A stretch of 64,000 bases of DNA from Podarcis muralis (taxonomy: Eukaryota). The stretch covers positions 26,474,001 to 26,538,000 of the forward strand of contig NC_135667.1 in assembly GCF_964188315.1 (NCBI RefSeq). Reading direction: 5' to 3'. The notes beneath the pieces were generated by a model, which was not told the origin of the DNA, searched no databases, and saw only the letters and a list, made by a program, of their open reading frames with translations. Shown piece after piece: positions 12,352 through 25,791 of the stretch. Within the stretch, counting starts at the first letter, position 1. Every line of letters begins with the position of its first letter. The translations under genes were made by a program, and so were the position numbers.

Positions 12352-13740
12352 CCAACACCCTCTAGATAAGTCACATGGTGTATAACTTCTTAGTGATGTA
12401 GCTATGAAAACTAATCAAATTATTATAAATATTCTATCTCTGTAGCTTGGATTAATAATTCCTTTTTTAAAATATGGAGACTAAGATAACGTAAAATGAA
12501 TGACGATGTTGAACAAAATCAAAGCATATGTCAGAAGAGTTGGGAAACATAAACTGCCACTGGCAGAAAATATATTCTATCACTCAGAATATATTTTGTG
12601 TTGCTGAATTCACTTCTTTCTAGCACTTACATCTGATGACATTAGAAGGCCAACACCCTATATAATCTCAATTTTATTTTAGCCAAAGGACTGTGAAGAG
12701 CTCCTGAAAACATCATTTGGGTTGATATTACTAATTCATATCATCTTACTGGAAATAATTCCTCCTCCCCTCCCCCTGTCTATTCCCAGATATAAATGAT
12801 CTGAATCTAAAATCTTAAGAGCCATAGAGAACCACATATATGTATGAGAGACTGGTTATGTTGATACACAAACATAAGGCCATGAGTAAGTCAGATCCTT
12901 AATTACAATGAGCATACTCTGAGTAGAACGCAGTTGGATGCAGCCCTATATCCCTTGCCTCATAGTGAATGAGGACCCACAGAACATATTTATCTAACCA
13001 TTTCCATAAAATATCTCCTCACCATCACTCCTGCTAGACCCATCATTGTGCTACGAAATCAATACAAAATGTGCAGCAGGTCCTGAGAGAGGTCAACACT
13101 CCATCTGATTATGACAGACACACACACACACCTGAAACTACTCCCATCTTTTGCATTCATTTGCAGAGACCTTTTTACCTTGAAACATGCTCTCCCAATC
13201 ACTGCCTTGACCTCTGCTTTCAAAATATCAGAATAGCTGGATATAGATTCTATGGTACTTCTCCATTTCCTCAAACAAAACATCTGACTACAATACAGGT
13301 TTGTGCACAGCATTCCGGTCTATTTAGTTTGATTACATCATGCAATGTTTTATATTTTCTCTAACACAATGTAAGTTCTCTGGGCAATTCAGCCACAGGG
13401 AGTTCCAAGCCGATGCTGATTTCACATAACAAAAGGGCAAAGGGGACCTTTCAGTGGGATGAATTTATGCCCTCCACCACCCTCCCTCCTCCACTCTGTA
13501 GAATGGAAATAAGCATTATGGTAAACACACATGAAATTCCCCAAAGAGAAAATGTCAATTTGAAAGATTGCAGCATTTTCTGGGAATGCTGGACAAGTGA
13601 ATTCTTTAACTGAGCAGGTGCTCGGCTTGGTCAGCCTCTTTGATTCTATAACCCACTCCATATCTGAATATCTTTTGTTTATCCAGCATTAATTACATGC
13701 AAACCTTAATGAGAAAGATAGTGTACAAACTATTGAGAAG

Positions 13741-13838
13741 GGTTAGCTCAGTCAGTAGAGCCTAAAACTCTTAATCTCAGAGCCGTGGGTTCAAGCCCCA
13801 CATTGGGTGAAAGATTCTTGCATTGCAGGCAGTTAGAC
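13741..13838 (+). mobile_element. Short tRNA-head/CR1-tail SINE fragment
   Basis: tagctcagtcagtagagc..ggttcaagcccc..gattcttgcattgcagg; homologous to 16490-16626. Confidence 0.6.
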
Positions 13839-14999
13839 ATCAAATTACAAAAATGAACACTTCCTCCACAAAAAATTACAGGAAATGTGGCAGAAAAAAA
13901 CCCTTAAAATAATATAGCTAACACAAAGGGAGAGATAGAAAGCAGGGCCAGTCCCATCAGCTCTCTTGAGAGACTACCTTCATTGAGCACCTCCTTTCTT
14001 GGAATTATTGTAATATCATCTGGCCACCGTACTAACTACTACAGCAATGTGCAGCCCCCAAAAGAACACAGAGTGCCCTGTTCCAACAAGTTTAAATATC
14101 AGTTATTGAACATTCATTGGAGCAATTCCATACAACAAGGTCAACCATAGGCTGGGATTCAAATCACCTGTCCGGAAGAAGCTGAGTCCAAAAAAAAGTA
14201 TCTAGGTGAAGCCAAGGTCAAAGCACAATAAAGCTGTCCAAAATTAAGTTTATTTCCTGGCAAACAGAGCTTCTGGCAAACAGGAGATCTGCCAAGAGAT
14301 AGGGAAGATCAGGCTACCCGCTTATGGAAACTAAAATACCTACACTTTTCCAGCAGCTATGACATCTGAATTGAGGGCTTATATAAACTGATTTCTCAGA
14401 CCATACTCAGTAGTAGCTACAAGCACTTAATTCTGCTATTGATTCTTTGACTTGCAAGGAGGTCTTCAATTAGAAGTCATGGAGATTCTTTGGGCTTTGG
14501 GGCATGCACTTGTTACAAAGTGGCCACATGAGCCTGAATTTCCAGGCATTTCTGCTCTCTAGGGTTGAGTCAATTCAGCCTTCCACTCTAACTTAGACAG
14601 GGAATCTTCTAGCATTGCTGATATGGGACGCCTTAGAAGCATCCTTCCAAGGCAGTAACTGGAATCTAGTGAAGTATGTCTTCAGGTACTTGGGATCTCA
14701 TTTGCCCCCGGGTTCTCTAGGCTCTGAGAAGCTTGGGGTATTCAGGCAAGCAAACTGGGATCTGATCTTGGCCTGGCATATGGGGGAATAAACTGTCGTG
14801 GGTTCACAGGACTGTGCATGCCAGCAATGTCCGCAGTGAGTCCACCACAATCTCCATGCATTGAGTTGAAAGGGGATTTGACATCTTTCCGCAGGGCCTG
14901 CAAGATTTTCGGGCCCAGTCTGACCCCCTTCTTTCCATGAAACCCTGTATGTAAGTGGCCCTCTTGGCTCTTTCCATTGGCCCATATGGGACCAGCACA

Positions 15000-15228
15000 G
15001 GTGACTGGGCCTGGCAAATATTTAATATTCTTACCTTCATGGCTGTGATTCGTGGGTTGGCCACTTAATTTTATTCTGATTTTACTGTGATTTTGAGCTG
15101 TATTTTAATCAATTGTTTGATTTTGTGTTATTAATGTATTATATATTTGGTGTTAGCCACCATGAGCCAAGCCTTGGCCGGGGAGGGCAGGGTATAAATA
15201 ATAAAATTTAGTAGTAGTAGTAGTATTC
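15000..15228 (+). mobile_element. Probable L2-type 3' end in + orientation
   Basis: AT-rich 3' UTR followed by gttagccaccatgagcc..gggcagggtataaataataaa and (TAG)n tail. Confidence 0.5.
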
Positions 15229-15512
15229 ATACAATCCTCTGAAGAGAACCCTGTGCAGATAGTGCTCTTTGCTGCTCTTAGTGTGTTCACCCAAATGCTT
15301 GAAGAATCTCCCTTCAGAATTTCCTGTTCAACATGGGGTGGCCAAGGTAGAATCAGCAGGAATGGGGATGTTGACAATGTGCTTGAGGTACATAGTTTCA
15401 TGCCCCTTCCACACCTTATTCCCTCACACATACTTTGAGGGTCATGACCCTGGCTCATTCATCAGTTAATTACTTGAACTGCTTGTAACAAGATGGAGAT
15501 GATGATGGCAGA

Positions 15513-15942
15513 ATAATAATAATAACAACAAAAACAAAAACAAAAACAATAATAATAATAATAATTTATTTATACCCCGCCTATCTGGCTGGGTTACCTC
15601 AGCCACTCTGGGCAGCTTCCAACAAAATAATAAAATGCAGTAGTCCATCAAACATTAAAAGCTTCTCTAAACAGGGCTGCCTTCAGATATCTTCTAAAAG
15701 TCTGGTAGTTGTTGTTCTCTTTGACATCTGGTGGGAGGGCGTTCCACAGGGCGGGCACCACTACCAAGAAGGCCCTCTGCCCGGTTCCCTGTAACTTGGC
15801 TTCTCGCACTGAGGGAGCCGCCAGAAGGCCCTCGGTGCTGGGCCTCAGTGTCCGGGTAGAATGATGGAGGTGGAGATGCTCCTTCAGGTATATTGGACAA
15901 AGGCCGTTTAGGGCTTTAAAGGTCAGCACCAACACTTTGAAT
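15513..15942 (-). mobile_element. L2 LINE 3' fragment with (TTA)/(TTG) tail
   Basis: ORF LVLTFKALNGL.P.YLKE..RAF.VV.P.LWN.LP..FRR.LKAALF is the L2 C-terminus; 3' end gttggaagctgcccagagtggctg..ggcggggtataaataa. Confidence 0.85.
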
Positions 15943-16489
15943 TAATTAATCAAACCCTCCAGCTTTTAGTTAAGATTTATTGTTTTAAATGATGGGGACA
16001 CTGGAAGCTGCCCAAGGATTCCACATGCTAATGGTTTCTAGGCTCTATAGCCATGCAGGCTTCCAAAACATAACAAAATGTCTGCCTTTCAGTCAGAGCC
16101 TGAAACCCCAGGGGGTTAAATTTCTGCGACAGTGGTTGTATTAACCCTCTCCTTCTTCCTACAGTTCATTCTCTTCAGTTTTGCTGTCCCAGCAGTCAAT
16201 TGAATCAATATCTAATGAAATATATGCAGGGAACTTGATAATTCAAATGCAATACTCAAAGCTGATTTCAGCTATTGCATGGAAAGAGCCATCTGAAAGT
16301 GAAACTGTGTCCATCAACATCTCTCTACAAAAGACTGCTAAATATGTGAATATCTCTGCTATGGAGTCGAATGAGCAAATGCAGCCATTCTGCATAGAAT
16401 TTTATGGAGCACTGAGTGTATTTTGCATCTGTTTTATAAGGGTACAATGCTACTACTTTTTAAAAATCCTTCCACCCTTCTAAGTGTCA

Positions 16490-16626
16490 TATAGCTCAGC
16501 TGGTACGGCTTGAAACTCTCAATCTCAGGTCATGAGTTCAAGCCCCAGGCTGGGCATAAGATTCCTGCATTGCAAGGGATTGGAGTATCTGACGCTTGTG
16601 GTCCCTTCCAACTCTATGATTCTATG
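16490..16626 (+). mobile_element. Short tRNA-head/CR1-tail SINE
   Basis: tagctcagctggt..agttcaagcccc head; CR1-type tail gtcccttccaactctatgattctatg. Confidence 0.7.
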
Positions 16627-16753
16627 CTAATATGCGGACATTCTTTTTTAAAAAAAAAAATTCAATTGCATTTGTTTCTGTAATTATATTGCCACCTTCA
16701 TTTAAATTAAAAGTCACAAATTACATATGCAAAAGTGTTTCTAGAAGCATTTC

Positions 16754-16756
<3 letters not shown>

Positions 16757-16801
<45 letters not shown>
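16757..16801. repeat. (AAT)n microsatellite at the L1/OR-flank junction
   Basis: About 15 perfect units. Confidence 0.95.
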
Positions 16802-16803
<2 letters not shown>

Positions 16804-18535
16804 AGCCAGTCTCGCACTTTGTTCTTTAGTTTCTCAAAACTCTGCAGTTTTAGTCTATCTCCAACTTGTTCCAAAATTTCCCAATATTTCGGCCATTTAA
16901 CCTCCATATTGAGCTTTTTCTGAGCTTTCGCTTCCATCGGTGACAGCCACCTTGGGGTTTTATTTTCCAATAAATCCTTATATCTTATCCAAACGTTAAA
17001 CAATGCTTTTCTAACAATATGGTTTTTAAATCCTTTATGCGCCTTGACCTTATCATACCACAAATATGCATGCCATCCAAATACATTGTTAAAACCTTCC
17101 AAATCCAAAATGTCTGTGTTTTCGAGAAGTAGCCATTCTTTCAACCAGCAAAAAGCTGCTGATTCATAATAAAGTTTAAAGTCTGGCAGGGCAAATCCAC
17201 CTCTTTCCTTTGCATCTGTTAATATTTTAAATTTTATTCTAGGCTTCTTGCCCTGCCAGACAAATCTTGAAATATCTCTCTGCCACTTCTTGAAACAGTC
17301 CACCTTGTCCACAATTTGCGATGCCTGAAACAAAAACAACATTCTAGGCAATACATTCATTTTTATAGCAGCAATACGGCCCAGCAATGAAAGCTTCAAA
17401 TTTGACCATATTTCTAAATCTTTTTTCACTTCAACCCAGCATTTTTCATAGTTATCTTTGAATAAATTCCCATTTTTTGCTGTCATATTGATCCCCAAGT
17501 ATTTAACTTTCTTAACCACTGTTAAACCTGTCATGTTCTGAAACCTCTCTCTCTCAATTGGTGTTAAATTTTTCTCTAAAACCTTGGTTTTTGACTTATT
17601 CAGTTTAAACCCTGCGACCTGACCAAATTCTTGAATCAGTTCTAAAACCCTTTTAGTACTAGATTCTGGCTCCTGTAACGTCAATACTAAATCATCTGCA
17701 AATGCTCTCAGTTTGTACTGTTTGGCTCCGATCTGTATACCCTTAACCAACTGGTCCCTTCTAATCATGTTCAGCAAAACCTCCAGGACCGATATAAAAA
17801 GCAATGGGGAGATTGGGCAACCTTGTCGTGTCCCTTTTTCTATTTTAAATTCTTCCGTCACCACATTGTTTACAATTAATTTAGCCTTTTGTTCTGAATA
17901 TATTGCACTTATACCGTTTTCAAAACCTTGGCCTACCCCCATACCCTGTAAGTTCTTTTTCATAAAAGTCCAAGAAATGTTGTCAAAAGCTTTCTCCGCA
18001 TCCACAAATATTAAAACTGCCTTAGTGTTTATATTCACTTGTAGTTTCTCTAAAATATTAATTATATTTCTCACATTGTCAGATAAATGTCTTTCTGGGA
18101 GAAAGCCTGCTTGGTCTTTGTGTATCTCTTCCACTAACACTCTTTTTAGTCTTTTAGCCAAAATATCTGCAAAAATTTTGTAATCCACATTAAGCAGTGA
18201 TATGGGACGGTAGTTCTTAAGCTGCGTCTTTTCAGTCTCTATTTTCGGTACAAGTGTGATATATGCTTCTTTCCACGACTCTGGTGCCCTTTTCCCCTCC
18301 ATTATCTCATTACAGACCTCTTTCAAAGGTTGTACTAACCATTCCTTTAAAGATCTGTAGTATCTAGAAGTCAGTCCATCCGGTCCTGGATATTTACCCA
18401 ATTGCATATTCTGAATGGCACCTTCTATCTCCTGTTCAGTTATTTTATAGCTCAACATTGATTTATTTTCTTGAGAGTTTTTTTGTAATCCATTTTTTTT
18501 TCAAAAATCGGTCTACATCGGTTTCTCTTGAAATC
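16800..18535 (-). mobile_element. LINE L1 internal ORF2 fragment (RT), truncated at both ends; different subfamily from the 50-53 kb copy
   Basis: 567-aa ORF with GTRQGCPISPLLF and FADD. Homology to the other L1 stops at DWLH, about 250 codons before its C-terminus, where the sequence runs into an (AAT)n microsatellite. Confidence 0.92.
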
Positions 18536-19112
18536 CTATTACTTGGGGACTGAATATTGGAAAGTCTGCATACATGATTTATAGTCAATGCTAGTTCTAA
18601 TTAATTGACATGACTGACAGAGGACTATCACAGGTCCTTTATTTCAACTGGTTTACCCAATGTCCCATTCCCCTAGAACATATTTTCAATTATTTTTGTT
18701 CCACAAAGGATCTCTTCCTTTTCATTCCTGCTAATAATATCGCCAGGGCTCCATCACCGTGCTATAAAATCAGTAGAATATTTGCAGCAGGTCCTGACAG
18801 ACATCATCACTCCATCTGATGATTTTGTAATCTCCATAGAACTGCCCCCTTGTTTCACTCTAACACACACAGACCTTTGTAACTCCAAACATGCTCTCCC
18901 TCTTTGACCTCTTCTTTCAAAGTAGCAGGACACCTAGATATAGATGCTATGGTACTTTTCCATTTCTTTCCTCAAACAAAGCATGGCTATAAGAAAGGTC
19001 TGTACAAGACATTCTAGCCTATTTTTTTCTAACTACATCTTGCAGTTCTTTATTTTTTCCTCTGAGATGATGTTAATTCTCTGGGCAAAACTGTCACAGG
19101 GAGTTCCAGGTT

Positions 19113-20015
19113 AAGTCTTTAGCAAACACTTGTTTCGGATAATGAGCTTTGCTGGTGAGTGAAGTTTGCAGCCGATGCGGCACTTCCGATGTGGACACAC
19201 CGCACAGTGGACACTGTGCACATTCTCCTCAGCCACCACAAAGGCTCACGGGTTCCCACCAAACCCGGTTTTCAAATTGGGCCAATCTGCGGTGGCCTGG
19301 GGGGACATGGTTTGGTGAGCAGACCTGAGTTGGGCAGGCTTCACTCAGGTCTGCCCCGCAGATATATATCCCAGCCGACACAGTGCTCTTCATCCAGTCG
19401 GTCAGGCATGTCACCCACCCTTTCCCTCCTCATATTAATTCTTGCTGCTTTAACCATTTTTTCTTACAGCTAGGAGGGATTTGCTGTGGTTTTATGACAG
19501 TCACTGTATTTGGGGCCAGGAAGGAATTTTCCCTGCGCTGCAAGTTTCACCCTCCCTTCAGCACTAGTCACAAGCTGGTGTTTTAGGCCTTGGGCAGAAT
19601 CCTATAGTTTTCATCCAATTGTGGGGTGGTGGAGTGGTGATTCACCCCCCCTCCCCGGTTTCTGTGGGGGCGATAACAGGGTAACTGGTTAGAGGGGTTT
19701 GTAGGGAAGTCTCTGTCCAAAGAGCCAGTTGCTTAGGGCCAGTGGGCCATAGAGCTTCCCTCAGCATTTGGGGGGCCATCTGCGTAAACCTGCATTTTGA
19801 AATTGACCCACCCTCAAATAGACCCTGTCATCCCTCAGTTCCCCAACAGGTGGCTGAGTGGGATATATGCCCAATGCCTGTGCCAAGGCTTTTTACATCT
19901 GAAATCAATAAAGTTGTGGCCATTTTAAATCATAGACAGTTGTTGTGTCCATTCATTTACCCCCCCCCCCCCGGAGTCAGGTGTGCCAGGTGGTGGTGGG
20001 GGACTATGCAGCTGG
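19113..20015 (+). mobile_element. More distant LTR-like repeat splitting an OR upstream module
   Basis: CCAAT, TATA-like gatatatatccc and aatcaataaagttgtggcc. OR-flank homology stops at ~19112 and resumes at ~20020. Confidence 0.55.
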
Positions 20016-20733
20016 GCATGCAATATAAGGACAAAGGGGACCTTGTGATGGAATGAACATCTTTCTTCTTAAATTGGTAGCAAAGCTTCCTTGCCTCTTC
20101 CCCTCTATAGATTGGAATGAAGTATTATAGGTAAGACACATGAAATTCTCCAATGAAAACATGTCAGTGGGTAAAAAGAATAAAAGTTGGAAGTCTTAAT
20201 GAGAGCTAAAATAAACCCCAACCTAGTTCATGAGGTCACATAGTAGAATTAATGGCAATAGACTCAGCACACAAGTTTAAACTCTTGACATTTTTATATT
20301 GTTGTAACTAGTCTTGGGACCTTATGGTGTGAGGCTGGTTAAGAAATCTAATTACTGCTACTGCTACTAAATAACAAGAACAAGAGCAACGAGAAAAACA
20401 ACAACATTTCACACAGTGTAGAATTAGGATTCAAGAGGCAGTAGTGATGGACACTGGCTTGGGTGTTTTTAAAGGGGGGTATTGCAATTCTTCAATACCC
20501 AGTAGTGATGTATGGAAGTGAGTTTTCTGTCTCTACCTGTAGACGGGGGAGAGATGCATGCTGTGGAACATTAAAATCTGATATCCTGCCTACAGTCTAG
20601 AGTGGCACAGTGTCCCCCTGTTTATTCCCATTCATTAGGCTGCATGCATATATTTTGGCTGATTTCATTGGTCTTTTTAATAGAAAAAAAGATAAGCAAG
20701 CTGCAGATCACTACTGAACAGTTCTACTGTTTT

Positions 20734-21717
20734 CTACTGGGGCTGGATTCCCTGAGTTCTACTCAATGGCACTAAATGGTTGATGGTTGTCCAAAGGGCT
20801 TCCTTGAACTCTCTGTTCCTCAGGCTGTAGATGAAGGGATTGAACATGGGAGTCAGGATTGTGTAGAAAACAGAGAAGACTTTGTTCAGGTCCCTCAGTG
20901 TGTCAGTCTTAGGTAATATGTACACTATGATTAGGGTCCCATAGAAAATGGTGACCACAATAAGATGAGAGGAGCAGGTAGAAAATGCTTTACTCCTGCC
21001 ACTGTTTGAAGGGATTTGCAAAATGGTGCTGATGATGCAAACGTATGAAGCGAAGGTCAGCATCATTGGTGGCATGGTGCATGCCGATCCCAAGACTGAC
21101 ATCACAATTTCTGTATGCTGAGTTTCACTACAGGAGAGCATTAACAATGGTTCATAATCACAAAAGAAATGGTCAATTTCATTGGGGCCACAAAATTTCA
21201 GCTGTGAAGCAAAAAATGTTGTAAATGCACTAGCCACAATGCCAGTCATCCAAGAAGCTAGAGACAACTGAACACACAACCTGTTGTTCATGAGAGTCAC
21301 ATAATGTAGTGGTTTGCATATGGCTAAATACCTGTCATAAGACATTGCAGATAAAAGATAACTTTCTGCTCCAGCCAAGAAAGCAAAGAAATAGAACTGA
21401 AGGAAACACCCACTAAAGGAAATTCTATGGTAGTCATTTATAATACTAGCCAAGATTCTAGGGAGGATTGTTGAGGTGTAGCAGGTATCTAAAACAGACA
21501 GGTTCCCCAGGAAAAAGTACATGGGCTTGTGGAGATTATGATTGGCTAGGACTACTGCAGCTATAAGGAGGTTTCCAACCATTGTCACCATGTAGATTGC
21601 TAAAAATATAATAAAGAGCAGAGTCTGCAGTTCAGGAAGCGACTTGAACCCTAGGATGATAAATTCTGTCACTGTTGTTTGATTATCCTTTTCTCTTTTT
21701 TCCATGAGTTGCTTCAT
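20734..21717 (-). CDS. Intact single-exon class II olfactory receptor (OR11/OR6-like)
   Basis: 327-aa ORF with complete OR motif set and N-terminal sequon NQT. Polypyrimidine acceptor on minus strand just upstream (~21727-21760). Confidence 0.95.
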   Translation of the reverse strand: MKQLMEKREKDNQTTVTEFIILGFKSLPELQTLLFIIFLAIYMVTMVGNLLIAAVVLANHNLHKPMYFFLGNLSVLDTCYTSTILPRILASIINDYHRISFSGCFLQFYFFAFLAGAESYLLSAMSYDRYLAICKPLHYVTLMNNRLCVQLSLASWMTGIVASAFTTFFASQLKFCGPNEIDHFFCDYEPLLMLSCSETQHTEIVMSVLGSACTMPPMMLTFASYVCIISTILQIPSNSGRSKAFSTCSSHLIVVTIFYGTLIIVYILPKTDTLRDLNKVFSVFYTILTPMFNPFIYSLRNREFKEALWTTINHLVPLSRTQGIQPQ

Positions 21718-23852
21718 CCCATAACTAAAAAAGATAAAAAACGGAAAAAGCCAATAGTTGGAAAAAATTGAATGAATGACAGTTTCACAACTCCCCTCGC
21801 CCCTTGAGCTCTGTGTGTGTGTGTGTGTGTGTGTTTACATTTGGTTACCACTCCAAACTGATGCCCACAATGGCCAGGTAAGTTGTGTTGTGTATGAGTT
21901 TCTTTTGGTGCACTTATGGAAGCTCATTAGAACCTTTATTAACACCCCTGGATACTTAGCATGTGGAGAATGACAAATTCTGTTTCTCATTATTATAAAA
22001 GTCTGTTATGCGATGGAGAGATGGAAAAGTTAAACAGCCATTGCTGTTAGAGATCATGTCTTTCTAGAGCTTATGTCTAATGCAAAATAGGAAGAAGAAT
22101 GGCCCAGATAATCTTCCTATGTGATTCCTGTGGTCATACAATTAACCCAGTTCCATTAGCATCATAGGAGAGATGCATTGCAATTAATTCTAAAGCTTAG
22201 CTACGATGTGCATCATCAACATACAAATATTTCATGAAAGAAAGGGCATTTCATTTTTTATGATACAGATACCAAATTTTAGTAGATACATATCATGGTA
22301 AAGATGTTCCAGCTCAGCACCTCCACTTCTGGAACCAGTGTAGCTTTTAGACATTTTATTGAAAAGCACTATTGTTTAGTCTAATTCCAGGAACAGAGGC
22401 AGTAAATTGCAATTTATGAGACTTCTGTAAGAACATATGAAAATCTCAGCTGATCAGTGGCCCATCTAGGCCAGCATCCCATTTCCCTCCGTGACCAAAC
22501 AAATGCCTCTAGGAAGTCCACAAGCAGGAATAAGATAGTTATAAATTAACATATCTGGTGAGATATCATCATGTCACTGCATTCATGTGAACAAGAGGTT
22601 GTCACCCTTTTCTGGCAACTATGGAAGGACTGAATTTGGAAATATACAAATATAATCCACGATACCTTGTATCGGTGGTGGCTCAAAAATGTTTAAAATG
22701 CTATTCATGCAGTGCTGTTCTTTTCAAACGTAATCATGACCAAACTGAACACTTCACAAATCAAACTTATTGGCAGTATAATTGTCTCCCCACCCCATGC
22801 CAGTAGACTTTACCTTCACTTTGAGGAGATGTGGAGCGAACTTTCTGACAATATGTCATCCATATTTTGTTTCCAGAAGTCAGTGAGACCCCATTATAGC
22901 ATGCTGCCTTGGGATTGCTGGCTAACTACCATATTAAGCTGGAGGAGGGAGCAATGCACTGCAAAGCACAAAGAAATAAGGCATAGCAACTGTCTTGAGA
23001 TCTTATAAGAATCTAGTTCCTGTGCAAAGCAATTATAAGATACAGCAGTGAGGAATGAGAGAGAATTAATTCAGTTTACATTTAAAGGCAAATTTACATG
23101 ATTGACAGATTCCAAAATAATACACAATCTGAAACACATCCATCCTTCAAAATTTGTAGTGAATTTTGCAGTGCAGTTTACCAGCCATGTAATGTGCACA
23201 AAAATGCATGTTCTTGGGTAAAATATGTGTTTAAATGCTTATATAAGTGAAAACGGCATACCAAAATGCATTACATATGGGGAAATTGCTTTCTGAAAAT
23301 GAACATGAGACAAAATTGCATATTAAAATCTGTATATTTTGATATTTTTTTACAGGATTTCTGGTAAAAAGTGTAAATTGATGTGGAGAACAGAATTTAA
23401 GAGTGAAGAAAAATGAGAAACTGTGAGAACTGAAATGGTCAGATTCACCCATTTTTTATCGTAGCTATTTGCAAACCAATAATGATTACAACACATATTT
23501 TAAAGCAGCCACCAACCACTGACCTACCTAGTCCCTTCTGACTCTCAAATATAACAACCAGTGGACTTTTATAGCTCTATCACCTGATATCCTTTTCTTT
23601 GCAAAATGCTAGATAAAACTTAAGCACTTCTGTGCTTCAACAACATGCAATGGGACCTCACATAATGAGACAGAACTCCCTTAAGAGTGATTCTATTCTG
23701 TATTATGTAAACAGTTCTATAAATGTTCTCACTGGCACTCTTTTCTTTGCTGTAAAATCAACAGAATAGTTGCAAAAGGTTCTGAGAGGTCAAGATCCCA
23801 ATGTGATAATTTTGTAATACCTCTAGAACTCTCTCTACTCTTCTCTCTTTTT

Positions 23853-23856
23853 CACA

Positions 23857-23906
<50 letters not shown>
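23853..23906. repeat. Compound (CA)n(GA)n microsatellite
   Basis: Read directly from sequence. Confidence 0.95.
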
Positions 23907-23909
<3 letters not shown>

Positions 23910-25301
23910 TTGTACCTTCAAACAAGATTCCTCCTCTCTCAGCATATCAGTAACCCAGTATATGGATTTTATGGTATATTTTCATTTCCTACACAAAATG
24001 TCTATCTATGTGATAAGCAACAAAATGAGATGTTCCAGGCTGCACTCTCTGACTACCTCTTGTGGCTATTTATATATTTTTTCTGAGAAAATGCTATGTC
24101 TCTGGACACCTCTGCCACAGAGGATACTGTTCAGCTTTTGGGACACTCATTTTAGAAACTAAAAATATCTAGGAGGGGGAATTGACTGAAAGAACTCATT
24201 ATTAAAGTGAGAGAGAAGCAGTGTGTGCATGTTTTTGTGTACCTTTTAAAATTATAGATTTGAAATGTGACACGGTAAGCTCACATAAAATCACCTGATG
24301 AGAATATGCCAATGCAGAAAGAATTACACCATGATTCAAAGTGTGATATCTCTGATCTTATAACGCTAGGCGATGTGCTCAAATTATTGGCAATAACATT
24401 ATTGCAACAGACCACTTTATAGAATTCCGGGTTAGAATTTGATGCCATACGAAATAGTTAATGGGGATTTGTGCTACACTCCCAGCAGAGGTTTCCCTCT
24501 CAATGCATTTTTAAACTTGCCTTTTATCAGAGGAAATCAGGGCAGCATACATGCCGTCTTCAAATGATTTGTTTAATTACGAATAGAGAAAAACATGGAT
24601 GCAGTTAAGTTGTTACAATCTTTGGTTACACAGTGCTTGCATAATAAACACCAACATTGCTACAGATCTTTTTAATGTAGATGGAGTGCAACACAAGTGG
24701 AAGTGCGAATGGACCACAAGAATTTGGAGTACAAGGGCGCAGGGAGCACGTGGTGAAATGGGATGGGTTGTCCCTGCAAATGTTCCTTATGTGCAAGCAT
24801 ATCAGCTTCCCAGATGGAATGATCTCTGCTCCCCCTTGCTGTTCTGGGTGATCTCCTGGCAATACCTCCTGAACCAAAAAACACCAAATAAATAAACAAC
24901 ACACCGAGTATTTCCTTTAAAATGTAAAAATCCCCCACTCCCAGATGAATATGTTGGCCTCCCAAAAGAGGACATGTCCAGGATTTTCTAGATGTATGGC
25001 AACCCTATCTGAGCACCCTGACAAACCAACATCTCCATATGGTTGGTTCTCCATATGATTCTCCATATGGTTCACAGTTGAGCTGGAGATATGCTGCCAT
25101 ATCTCCCTCATCATGGCTCAGTCAAGACCCCGACCGCTGACTTAAGCCTGGCAGATCTTAAGCTGGCATAAGCCGTAAAAAGGGAGAATCCTGGGGAAAT
25201 GGTAGAGCAGAATGGGAGGGACTGGACCCTAAACCCATACATCTGACCTGACAACCCCACATAAATTAAGCCAACAAATAGGGTGGTCTAACCTAAACAG
25301 T

Positions 25302-25791
25302 TAAAAAGCAGAGACATCACCTTGCCAACAAAGGCCCGTATAGTTAAAGCTATGGTTTTCCCAGTAGTGATGTATGGAAGTGAGAGCTGGACCATAAAGA
25401 AGGCTGATCGCCGAAGAATTGATGCTTATGAATTATGGTGCTGGAGGAGACTCTTGAGAGTCCCATGGACGGCAAGAAGATCAAACCTATCCATTCTTAA
25501 GGAAATCAGCCCTGAGTGATCACTGGAAGGACAGATCCTGAAGCTGAGGCTCCAATACTTTGGCCACCTCATGAGAAGAGAAGACTCCCTGGAAAAGACC
25601 CTGATGTTGGGAAAGATGGAGGGCACAAGGAGAAGGGGACGACAGAGGACGAGATGGTTGGATAGTGTTCTCGAATCTACCAGCATGAGTTTGAATAAAC
25701 TGCGGGAGGCAGTGAAAGACAGGAGTGCCTGGCGTGCTCTGGTCCATGGGGTCACGAAGAGTCGGACACGACTAAACGACTAAACAACAAC
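25302..25791 (+). mobile_element. RTE-BovB 3' fragment
   Basis: KVRIVKAMVFPVVMYG..WTIKKADRRRIDA..ELWCWRR motif, (CAA)n tail, 12-bp TSD aacctaaacagt at 25290-25301 and 25792-25803. Confidence 0.93.

Noticed and set aside
16181-16483. 100-aa ORF in the ghost OR 3' flank
   Set aside because: No motif and no ATG context, and it lies in non-coding flank sequence.
17713-18183. 156-aa + strand ORF, and similar antisense ORFs at 62018-62710, 62556-62954, 25426-25755, 51096-51347
   Set aside because: They are the antisense frames of L1 and BovB coding sequence.
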